From: Methylosinus sporium | GTDB lineage: Bacteria > Pseudomonadota > Alphaproteobacteria > Rhizobiales > Beijerinckiaceae | Strand: one strand, 5' to 3' | Assembly (NCBI RefSeq): GCF_044758975.1 | Contig: NZ_CP172862.1 | Length of the DNA: 64,000 nt | In this document: in pieces, positions 50,879 through 58,818 of the stretch | Layout: every line of letters begins with the position of its first letter | Numbering within the stretch: position 1 is the stretch's first letter | Program-made: the position numbers and the translations under genes | The notes under the pieces: model-generated | Database searches by the model: none | The model's input: the letters and a program-made list of their open reading frames with translations, nothing else | Told to the model about the DNA's origin: nothing

Positions 50879-50913
50879 TTGCATTTATATCGCTATACGA
50901 TGTATATTCATCG
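50879..50913 (+). promoter_or_regulatory. Candidate sigma70-type promoter (TTGCAT-N18-TATATT) overlapping an inverted repeat CGATG-TATATT-CATCG; putative MarR operator
   Basis: Located in the 227-bp divergent region between the MarR gene and the secreted-protein/PCuAC genes. Arms 50898-50902 and 50909-50913 are exact reverse complements. Confidence 0.4.
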
Positions 50914-50993
50914 TGTCACGATGAGCGGCCGATGCGGCGGCGGCGCTCGGGGAAAAGCGCGCCCCTTTAAAGACGCGCGATCGGGAGAGAAGC

Positions 50994-51557
50994 ATGATCG
51001 TTCGATTTTTGGCCGCCGCGGTTTTGGTCGGCGTGGCGACGCAGGCGCAGGCGCATGGCGGCGTCAGCATCGACGAAGGCCAGTGCAAGATGAAGATCGG
51101 CCCCGATCAGATGAATTTCACCGGCTATCAGCCGCTGAAATCGCGCGAGCAGTTCTGCGACGACATTCCCGATGTCGGTCCCACCATCATCGTGCTCGAC
51201 GCCGTGCAGGAAGAGCTGCGCGACATGAATTTGGAGATCCGCGTTCTGCGCGACGTCGGTCAGGCGAGCGACGACGAGAACCTCGAGCAGAACACGGAGA
51301 CCTATGTGCCGGCGAAGAAATATCGCGCCGGCACGCTCAACTTCGAATACGACTTCAAGAACAAGGGCAAGTTCATCGGCCTGGTGAAGGCGAGGAGCGA
51401 CGACGGGACGAAAGAATATGTCTCGCGCTTTCCCTTCTCCGTCGGCGAGACCGAAAGCCGCAACATCACCATCGCGACATTTTTTGCGGCGCTGGGACTG
51501 GTCGGATTCGGTGTCTGGTACAAAAACTCCTTCAAGGCGAAGCCGCCGCGAGCGTGA
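50994..51557 (+). CDS. Secreted hypothetical protein with C-terminal membrane anchor
   Basis: Signal peptide MIVRFLAAAVLVGVATQAQA, mature part begins HGGVSIDEGQC, C-terminal TM ITIATFFAALGLVGFGVWY. Two Cys, no recognisable domain. Confidence 0.5.
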   Translation: MIVRFLAAAVLVGVATQAQAHGGVSIDEGQCKMKIGPDQMNFTGYQPLKSREQFCDDIPDVGPTIIVLDAVQEELRDMNLEIRVLRDVGQASDDENLEQNTETYVPAKKYRAGTLNFEYDFKNKGKFIGLVKARSDDGTKEYVSRFPFSVGETESRNITIATFFAALGLVGFGVWYKNSFKAKPPRA

Positions 51558-51627
51558 TCGCGGCGGCTTCGCCGTCATTGCGTGTGCGACGCTGCGATTC
51601 CTGCGGCGCGCCGAAAGGGAGGCGAGC

Positions 51628-52236
51628 ATGTCTATCGATCGACGGCGCGTTCTGTTTTTGACCGGAGGCGCTGCGCTGGCTGCGAGCGGCCTTTCTCGCG
51701 CGAGCGCGCATGAATATGAAAAAGGCGGGATCAAGGTGGAGCATCCTTGGCTGCGCGCGCCGCGCGACGGCGAGAGCGACGCCAATCTGTTCATGGCCGT
51801 GTATAACCGCAGCGATTCCGCCGATCGTCTCATCGGAGTAAAATCTCCCGAGATCGGCGGCTTCGATCTGCATGTCGCTCCACACTTCGCGGTCGCGACA
51901 GATGCGATCTTCTTTCCCAATGGATCGAAGGTGACGCTCGCGCCCGGCGGCTCCTTCGTCCATCTCTCCGGCATAAAGAAAATCAACCCCGTCGGCTGGG
52001 GCTTCGAGCTCACGCTGGTGTTCGAGAAGGCCGGCGATCTGCTCATCGACGCGGCGATCGACGCGCCGGACGCCGCGCATGCGCATGATGCGGAGGCGAT
52101 GGAGAGATGGGAGAAGGCGCATCGGACGCCGCAGGCGGGCGATGCGCCGGTCGAGGATCATCGTTCGGGCCATGAGGAGCAGAAGGGGCAGGGCGAGGCG
52201 CAGCCGGGCGTCGGCGAGCCGCAACCGGCGCAGTGA
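51628..52236 (+). CDS. Periplasmic copper chaperone PCu(A)C (DUF461)
   Basis: Tat-type signal MSIDRRRVLFLTGGAALAASG. Core HPWLRAP...LFMAVYNRSDSADRLIGVKSP...DLHV and His/Met-rich C-terminal tail (AHAHDAEAMERWEKAH). Confidence 0.7.
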   Translation: MSIDRRRVLFLTGGAALAASGLSRASAHEYEKGGIKVEHPWLRAPRDGESDANLFMAVYNRSDSADRLIGVKSPEIGGFDLHVAPHFAVATDAIFFPNGSKVTLAPGGSFVHLSGIKKINPVGWGFELTLVFEKAGDLLIDAAIDAPDAAHAHDAEAMERWEKAHRTPQAGDAPVEDHRSGHEEQKGQGEAQPGVGEPQPAQ

Positions 52237-52366
52237 GCGCTTTTCCCCACGCTGCTCGAAAAATTAACTTGCGCGCGACGCAATATGTCGCCATTCGATA
52301 GGTCAAGCTGCGACCTCTGACGCCTCTGCACGCAGCCAATTCGAAACAACGAGCGGCGGCGCACCA

Positions 52367-52495
52367 ATGGAGAAGAAAATGGCTCTGCAGACCTCTGGGA
52401 AGGACATCGTCAAGTCTCTGGCGTGGTTCATCGGCGCGATCGCGCTGATCATCACCCTGGTTCATTTCGCCCCCATCATTTCCCACGGGGGCTGA
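52367..52495 (+). CDS. Unlisted small ORF (42 aa) encoding a single-TM peptide MEKKMALQTSGKDIVKSLAWFIGAIALIITLVHFAPIISHGG
   Basis: High GC3 consistent with coding. Hydrophobic helix. Lies between PCuAC and the GT4 gene. Confidence 0.3.
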   Translation: MEKKMALQTSGKDIVKSLAWFIGAIALIITLVHFAPIISHGG

Positions 52496-52650
52496 GCGGG
52501 GCACTCTCGCTGGCGCTACGCCGGTCGCGATCCGTCAGCGATCACGGCCGGCGTCCTCGCATTCGGCGGCCTATGCGCGCCGAATGCGCGTTTGGAATTG
52601 CCCGACCGGGCCGCTATTGTCCGCGACGTCACAGACGAGGTCGCGCGCAA

Positions 52651-54033
52651 ATGGTCGAAAAAAGGTCGGGAGAGGGCCGTATCGAGGCCTATCTTCTGCA
52701 GGAGATGAAGGCGGAGATCGACGAGCTCGCGCGCAGCGAGGTCGATGACGCCACGAAATTTTTCTATGTGCGAGCCCGCGAGTTCTATTGGACGGTGACG
52801 CGTCTGCTCGGCCTCGGCCGGCTGCATGACGGCATATGGCGAAAGCCGAGCGACGACAAGGCGAGCGCGTGGCGCACGGCGCTCGCGGGCGACATTCCGC
52901 CTCCCGCCACGCATGCGCGGCTGCTCGTCGATATGACGGCGACACATCGCACCATAGGCCGCACCGGCATTCAGCGCGTCGTTCGCGAGATCGCGCGCGC
53001 TATGGTCGAGAGCGGCGCCGGAATTCCCGTCTTCATGGAGGATGGGAGGCTCTTTTCCCATTTTCTGCACGATAATCTTCCCAATGAGGTGACGCCGGCC
53101 GCCGGCGATAAATTTCTTCTGCTCGACGCCGGCTGGCACCTCACGGCGGAATATTCGCGAATGATCGATGTCGTCGCGCAGGCCGGCGGCGAGACGGTCG
53201 GCTGCCTCTACGATCTCATTCCGATCCTCTATCCCTCCGTGGTGACGAATTCCGCGCGTCGCGCCTTTGTGGAATGGTTCGATCTCCTCATTCGAAAGAG
53301 CGACGCGATCGTCGGCATCTCCAAGTCCGTCATCGACGATCTCGAGGCCTATGCGCGGGAGCGCGACCTGCCGTGCAAGCCGGGCCTCCGCCTCGGCTGG
53401 TGGCCGCTCGGCGCGGATTTTCGCGCGCCCGGCGACGCGGCGCCGTCGCCGAACGCCGTCGAGGCCGCGGCGGGAGGACAGCCGCTCTTTCTCAGCGTCG
53501 GCACGCTGGAGCCGCGCAAAGGCCATGCGGTCGCGCTCGGCGCCTTCGATCGCTGGTGGGAGCAGGGCGCCGATGTCCGCTATGTCATCGTCGGCGCGAA
53601 AGGCTGGAATGTGCGGGCGCTCGAGCGGCGCATTCTGGAGCATCCCGAATTCGGCCGTCGCCTGTACTGGCTGCGCGGCGCGAGCGACGCCGATCTGCGC
53701 TATCTCTACGAGCGCACGCATGCGCTCGTGTTTCCCTCCATCGCCGAAGGCTTCGGCCTGCCGCTCGTCGAGGCGGCGCATTTCGGCGCGCGCGCCATAG
53801 CGAGCGACATTCCGGTGTTTCGGGAGGTGGGCGGCGACTGGGCGTCCTATTTCGATCCGGGCGACAGCGACGCTCTGCTGGCCCGGCTGAAGGAGGCGCT
53901 CGCCGCTCCACCCGCCGCGCCGGCCTGCGACATATTGTCCTGGGGGCGCTCCGCAGAGGCGCTGGCGCGCCTTCTGCGCGAGGGCGACTATCCCGCCCGG
54001 CTTTCGGAAAACGTCGCCCAGGAGGCGCGCTGA
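52651..54033 (+). CDS. Glycosyltransferase family 1 (GT4-like), paralogous in architecture to 8971..10269
   Basis: C-terminal EPRKGHAVALGAF...FPSIAEGFGLPLVEAAHFGARAIASDIPVFREV. Start MVEKRSGEG at M77 of the ORF. Confidence 0.8.
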   Translation: MVEKRSGEGRIEAYLLQEMKAEIDELARSEVDDATKFFYVRAREFYWTVTRLLGLGRLHDGIWRKPSDDKASAWRTALAGDIPPPATHARLLVDMTATHRTIGRTGIQRVVREIARAMVESGAGIPVFMEDGRLFSHFLHDNLPNEVTPAAGDKFLLLDAGWHLTAEYSRMIDVVAQAGGETVGCLYDLIPILYPSVVTNSARRAFVEWFDLLIRKSDAIVGISKSVIDDLEAYARERDLPCKPGLRLGWWPLGADFRAPGDAAPSPNAVEAAAGGQPLFLSVGTLEPRKGHAVALGAFDRWWEQGADVRYVIVGAKGWNVRALERRILEHPEFGRRLYWLRGASDADLRYLYERTHALVFPSIAEGFGLPLVEAAHFGARAIASDIPVFREVGGDWASYFDPGDSDALLARLKEALAAPPAAPACDILSWGRSAEALARLLREGDYPARLSENVAQEAR

Positions 54034-54039
54034 GGCGCC

Positions 54040-55620
54040 TCAGAACGGGTGATATTGGAAGAGCCAGTTCTCCGACAACGCTTCATTCTTATGCGCGAGG
54101 AAGAGCCGCATCTCGACGGGATCATGTCCGTCGACGGTGAGATCGAATTGCGCGCGCCAATGTCCCGGCACGCCGTCGAACACGGCTTCCGTGTAAATGT
54201 AGGAGAAGCTTCCGCGCGAGGACCACAGCACCGGCTCCGGCTTCACGCCGAAGGGCAGACGCTCGAGCGGTCCGCCGAGAAATTCCACCATGAATTTGCG
54301 CACGCCTTTGGGGCGCGGCTTGCCGGGCTGTCCGCCATTGCCGAGCCGCGTCGCGACGCAGCGCGCGAGCGGCGTCGGATCGGGCTCGTCGGCGAGCCAA
54401 TGCAGGCGATAGGAGAAGTCGAATGACGCGCCGGGAACGGCGGGCTTCGCCGGCACCCACATGGCGACGATGTTATCGTGGATCTCGTCGTCGGTCGGAA
54501 TCTCGACGAGCTGAATCGTTCCCTTGCCCCAATCGCCTTTGGGCTCGATCCACACGCTCGGGCGGCGATCGTAGAAAACGCCGTCGAGATAATGATCGAA
54601 ATTGCGGTCGCGCTGCAGTAGGCCGAAGCCTTTCGGATTTTCGTCTCCGAAAGCGGAAGCCATCACGCGATCGGGATTGTTGAGCGGACGCCACAGACGC
54701 TCGCCGCGGCCGGTCCACATTGCGAGACCATCGGAATCATGCACCTCCGGCCGCCAATCGACGGCGGTCGGCTTCTTGGTCTCGGAGAACCAATACATGG
54801 AGGTGAGCGGCGCTATGCCGAAACGCTCGAAGGCGCCGCGCAAATGCAGCGAGCAGTCGACGTCCATCACGACTCCCTTGCCGCGCTTCGCCAAGATGCG
54901 AAACGCGCCGACGATGGAGGGACCTTCGAGCAGGAGATGCAGCGGCAGCCCGTCTTCCGTCTCCGGCCCGATATAGACATTGGTGAAATCTGGAAACTCC
55001 TCCGGCCGGCCGGAGACCCAAGTGTCGAGCGCGACGCCGCGCGCCGAGAGCCCATATTGGCGCAATTCGCCGATGGCGCGGAAATAGGAGGCGCCGAGAA
55101 AAGCCGCCCAGTCATTCTTGCGCCAGTCGAGCGGCCCGTCCTTGGGCTCTTGAATGCGAAAGCCTGCGAAGCCCGCGCCCGGCGGCAGCTGGCGGGCGAT
55201 CGAATCGTCCGGCATGTCGAAATATTTGGAGTTGTAGAGCACCTCGCGCGCCTGGCCGTTCTCGACCGCATAGAAGCGGACGGCCTTTTTGAAGAACATG
55301 CCGAGGTGGAAGAACTCGACCGGGAAACGGCCGGCGCCCGTGGTGAGCGCGTAATTCGTGTCGTAGCTGATCTTGCCCCAGGCCTCATAGTCGATCTTGG
55401 AGGTGATCTGCGGATCGGGCTGGCTCGGCGGGCGGAAGGGCTCCGCTATGCGGCGGCGGGCGGTCTCCTTCAGCCGCTCGAATGAGAAGGGCTCGGCTGG
55501 GCCGAGGTCGAGACGGCCGGGGACGGGCTGGGCGTCGGCCTCATTCGCGCTCATTGCGCCGAGCGCGCCTGTAGCGGCCGCGGCCTTGAGGAAGGAGCGG
55601 CGATCCGTGTCGTCGATCAT
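54040..55620 (-). CDS. opgD: Periplasmic glucan biosynthesis protein, OpgG/OpgD (MdoG/MdoD) family, Tat-exported
   Basis: Twin-arginine signal MIDDTDRRSFLKAAAATGALGA. Full-length MdoG-family pattern (~520 aa). Confidence 0.8.
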   Translation of the reverse strand: MIDDTDRRSFLKAAAATGALGAMSANEADAQPVPGRLDLGPAEPFSFERLKETARRRIAEPFRPPSQPDPQITSKIDYEAWGKISYDTNYALTTGAGRFPVEFFHLGMFFKKAVRFYAVENGQAREVLYNSKYFDMPDDSIARQLPPGAGFAGFRIQEPKDGPLDWRKNDWAAFLGASYFRAIGELRQYGLSARGVALDTWVSGRPEEFPDFTNVYIGPETEDGLPLHLLLEGPSIVGAFRILAKRGKGVVMDVDCSLHLRGAFERFGIAPLTSMYWFSETKKPTAVDWRPEVHDSDGLAMWTGRGERLWRPLNNPDRVMASAFGDENPKGFGLLQRDRNFDHYLDGVFYDRRPSVWIEPKGDWGKGTIQLVEIPTDDEIHDNIVAMWVPAKPAVPGASFDFSYRLHWLADEPDPTPLARCVATRLGNGGQPGKPRPKGVRKFMVEFLGGPLERLPFGVKPEPVLWSSRGSFSYIYTEAVFDGVPGHWRAQFDLTVDGHDPVEMRLFLAHKNEALSENWLFQYHPF

Positions 55621-55674
55621 GCAGGGAACCTCGCGGGGCGGGGAAGCGCCTGTCGTCGGCCTAGGGTCGAAAAA

Positions 55675-55905
55675 TCAGCGGATAGGCTCGTGGCGGACGG
55701 CTGTGCGCATGAAGAAATACAGGCCGACCAGACCGGCCAGCGCGAAGACGATCTCGAAAATGCGGCTGATGGCCGGATCGAGCTGAAACAGGCCGCCGAG
55801 CGCCCAGCCGGCGGCCCAGGAGGTCGCGACGAGCTCCGTGCCGACCAGGATCGCGACGGCGACCAGAGTCGACAAATGCACCAGGTTCAACGGCTTCTTG
55901 CTCAT
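55675..55905 (-). CDS. Small two-TM membrane protein (76 aa), hypothetical
   Basis: Two hydrophobic helices (LVHLSTLVAVAILVGTELV; IFEIVFALAGLVGLYFFM). Confidence 0.4.
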   Translation of the reverse strand: MSKKPLNLVHLSTLVAVAILVGTELVATSWAAGWALGGLFQLDPAISRIFEIVFALAGLVGLYFFMRTAVRHEPIR

Positions 55906-56112
55906 CGGGCGAAGGACTCCGCGCTCATCGTCCAGAGGAACCTGCTATACGATCGGCCGGCCCGGCGCAAGTCGGCGCCCCCAAAGGCCGCGGAACGCCT
56001 CTTGCGATGCGCCGCGCGCCGCTGGTATTCTGTAATTGGGGGCGACGCGGGCGCTTTTTTTTGTTTTTTTCGTGCGCTGAAGCAAAGTCGCTGTTTTTTC
56101 AGGGGCAGGGCT

Positions 56113-57921
56113 ATGGGTGGAGTCGTCGAGCGCGTCGTCATTCGACATTTGTCGGGGTCGAAGGCCAATCAGATCGAGCAGCTTCCGATCGGCGATCTGA
56201 AAGAGATCACCATCGGCCGCGATCCGACATCGAAAATCGCTTTCGATCCCACCATAGACGGCGTCGTCAGCCGGCAGCACGCCGTCATCCGCATCGAGGG
56301 CGAAGGCGACGATCTGAAGTTCAAGCTGATCGACCTCGGCTCCAGCAATGGCACTTTCCTCAACGGCCAGCGCATCTCGCAAGACGCCGAGCTGCTGCCC
56401 GAGGACAAGATCGAGCTCGGCGGCGCCAAGGGGCCGAAATTCACCTTCGATCTGCAGCCCCGGCCGGCCAGCTTCGCGGCGCGCACGCGCGTCATCGGCA
56501 TAGACGATTCCGCCGCGACCCGGCTGATCGAAACGGCGCAGACGGCGGCCTCCACCGCTGTCGCCGAGATCGGCTCGACGTCGACTGAGGCGCCTCCGCA
56601 CAAGGCGGGCGTCGGGCAGGAGACGGTGCAGCGGCTGATCGTCGAGGAGCGCCGATCGGCGGGCCGCACCTGGGGCGCCGTGGCGGCCGGTCTGCTCGCC
56701 TTCATCGCGCTCGGCGGCGGCGCCGTCTATTGGAAGCAGATCAAGGACGACGAGCGCCATCAGGCCGAGCTCGCCGATGTGAAGGCGGACGCTAAGCACG
56801 CCGATCAGCGCAGCGCCGCGCTGCAGGGCGAGGTGAAGACCAATCTCATCGGCATGACGCCGCTCGACATCTACAACAAATATTCCAACGCCACCGCGCG
56901 CGTCGATCTGCGCTGGCGTCTCTTCGACACGCAGACCGGCAAGCCGATCTTCCATCAGACCTTCCGGTTCGGAAAGGACACGCTGCCCGCTTATGTGCGC
57001 CTGCCCAATGGCAAGGTCGTGCGCTGGCTGACGCTCGAGGACGATCAGCGCTCCAATCTGCAGATCGCCGGCGCCGGGCGCGGCTCCGGCTTCGTCATCA
57101 GCGAGCAGGGCTATCTGCTCACCAACAAGCATGTCGCCGCCGGCTGGAAGGTGACTTACGATTCCCCGCGTCTCGGCTATGTGTTCGATCTCGGCGGCGG
57201 CCCCGGCGCCAAAAACGCGAAGCTGCGGAAGCCTATCGGCGTCATCGATCTCGAATCCGAGGATTACGCCGATCTCAACATGTGGGTGCCGGAAGCGGGC
57301 GGCGTCATTTTTCCGTCGAGCGTCGCCATTCCGATCGGCCGCAACAACATCCCCGACATGACGCGCAATGAGCAGCGCACTTTCGAGGGCCGCAATGAGC
57401 AGCTCGAGGTGCGTTTTCCCGGCGCGCGGCTCGGCGTCAACGCCTCGCTGGTGCGCGCTTCGGCGGATTCCGACGCCGCGCTCATCAAGATCGACTCGCC
57501 GCAGCTGCTCGACAAGGTCGAGCTCGCCGACGACGATCAGGTGACGATCGGCGAGAAGGTCATCGTGCTCGGCTATCCGGGCATTTCGGTGGAGAATGTC
57601 CAGCGTCAGGTGACGGTGGAGAACGGCCTGACGCGCGTTCAGAACGAGGTCATTCCCGAGGCGACGGTGACGGATGGCATCGTCTCCAAGCTCTCCACCG
57701 GCTATAAGGAGAAGGACGGCGTCACGCTGACCAGCGCCGGCGAGCGCATTCAGCTCAGCGTGCTGGCCACCGGCTCCGGCAATAGCGGCGGGCCGGTGTT
57801 CAACGCCAATGGCAAGGTCATCGGCCTGTTCACCTACAGCCGCAGCCGCGGCGACGCGCGCGTGACGCTCGCCGTGCCGATCAAATTCGGGCGCGACCTG
57901 CTGCGCGCGCAGCGCAACTGA
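56113..57921 (+). CDS. FHA-domain protein fused via a TM helix to a trypsin-like (S1) serine protease domain
   Basis: N-terminal FHA signature (ITIGRDP...VSRQHAVIRIEG...LIDLGSSNGTFLNGQRI). TM AVAAGLLAFIALGGGAVYW. C-terminal catalytic triad context TNKHV (His), SDAALIKID (Asp), GNSGGPVFN (Ser). Confidence 0.8.
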   Translation: MGGVVERVVIRHLSGSKANQIEQLPIGDLKEITIGRDPTSKIAFDPTIDGVVSRQHAVIRIEGEGDDLKFKLIDLGSSNGTFLNGQRISQDAELLPEDKIELGGAKGPKFTFDLQPRPASFAARTRVIGIDDSAATRLIETAQTAASTAVAEIGSTSTEAPPHKAGVGQETVQRLIVEERRSAGRTWGAVAAGLLAFIALGGGAVYWKQIKDDERHQAELADVKADAKHADQRSAALQGEVKTNLIGMTPLDIYNKYSNATARVDLRWRLFDTQTGKPIFHQTFRFGKDTLPAYVRLPNGKVVRWLTLEDDQRSNLQIAGAGRGSGFVISEQGYLLTNKHVAAGWKVTYDSPRLGYVFDLGGGPGAKNAKLRKPIGVIDLESEDYADLNMWVPEAGGVIFPSSVAIPIGRNNIPDMTRNEQRTFEGRNEQLEVRFPGARLGVNASLVRASADSDAALIKIDSPQLLDKVELADDDQVTIGEKVIVLGYPGISVENVQRQVTVENGLTRVQNEVIPEATVTDGIVSKLSTGYKEKDGVTLTSAGERIQLSVLATGSGNSGGPVFNANGKVIGLFTYSRSRGDARVTLAVPIKFGRDLLRAQRN

Positions 57922-57936
57922 TCGAAGGTCGGGGAA

Positions 57937-58806
57937 ATGGCGACGGGGCGCGAGGCTCCTTTGGGCGCTTTCCGCGTCGTCGGCGCGATGCGGACCGATG
58001 TCGGCCGCGTACGCTCCTCCAATGAGGACAGCGTCGCCTATGTCGCGCCGGCTCCCGATGCGCCGGAGGCGGGAATGGGCTATCTCGCCATCGTCGCCGA
58101 TGGCATGGGCGGCCACGCCGCTGGCGAGGTGGCGAGCGCTCTGGCGACGGAAGTCGTGCGCCGCGTGTTCTACTCGCTCGACGTCGAGCCGCCGCGCGCG
58201 TTGAAGGCGGCCTTCGAGGCCGCCAATCGCGCCATTTTCGAGCACAGCGCGCGCGAGCCCGAATGCAAGGGCATGGGCACGACCTGCACCGCCGTCGTCA
58301 TTCGCGATGGCAGACTTTGGCTCGCGCACGTCGGCGACAGCCGCGCTTATATCTTGCGCGGCGGCGAGGCGACGCAGCTCTCCGACGATCAGACGCTGCA
58401 TGCGCAATTGGTGCGTGAGGGCGTGATGACGCAGGAGGAGGCCGAGCGCAGCCCCGGCGGCAATGTCATTCTGCAGGCGGTCGGAACGCGCAAGGAGGTC
58501 GCGCCGACCATTTGGTCGGAAGGACTGCCGCTCGCGATCGGCGACACGATCATTCTGTGCTCGGACGGGCTCTCCAATCTCGTTTCGAAGGCGCAGCTCG
58601 TCGCCGCGATCGCCGATCGCTCGCCGCAGGACTCTTGCCATTTGCTGGTGGAGGCCGCTCTCGCGGCGGGCGGCCACGACAATATTTCCGTCGGCGTGTT
58701 TCAGATCGTCGCGCCGCCGCCGGGCGCGCGCGATCAGGCCGCGACGCAGAAGATTTCCGTCGTCGCGGATGTCGCGCCGCCGACGCGCGTCATCGTCGTT
58801 CGATAG
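57937..58806 (+). CDS. PP2C-family Ser/Thr protein phosphatase
   Basis: RTDVGRVRSSNEDS and VADGMGGHAAGEVAS metal-binding motifs. Starts 15 nt after the FHA-protease stop. Confidence 0.85.
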   Translation: MATGREAPLGAFRVVGAMRTDVGRVRSSNEDSVAYVAPAPDAPEAGMGYLAIVADGMGGHAAGEVASALATEVVRRVFYSLDVEPPRALKAAFEAANRAIFEHSAREPECKGMGTTCTAVVIRDGRLWLAHVGDSRAYILRGGEATQLSDDQTLHAQLVREGVMTQEEAERSPGGNVILQAVGTRKEVAPTIWSEGLPLAIGDTIILCSDGLSNLVSKAQLVAAIADRSPQDSCHLLVEAALAAGGHDNISVGVFQIVAPPPGARDQAATQKISVVADVAPPTRVIVVR

Positions 58807-58818
58807 AGGCATGAGGTC

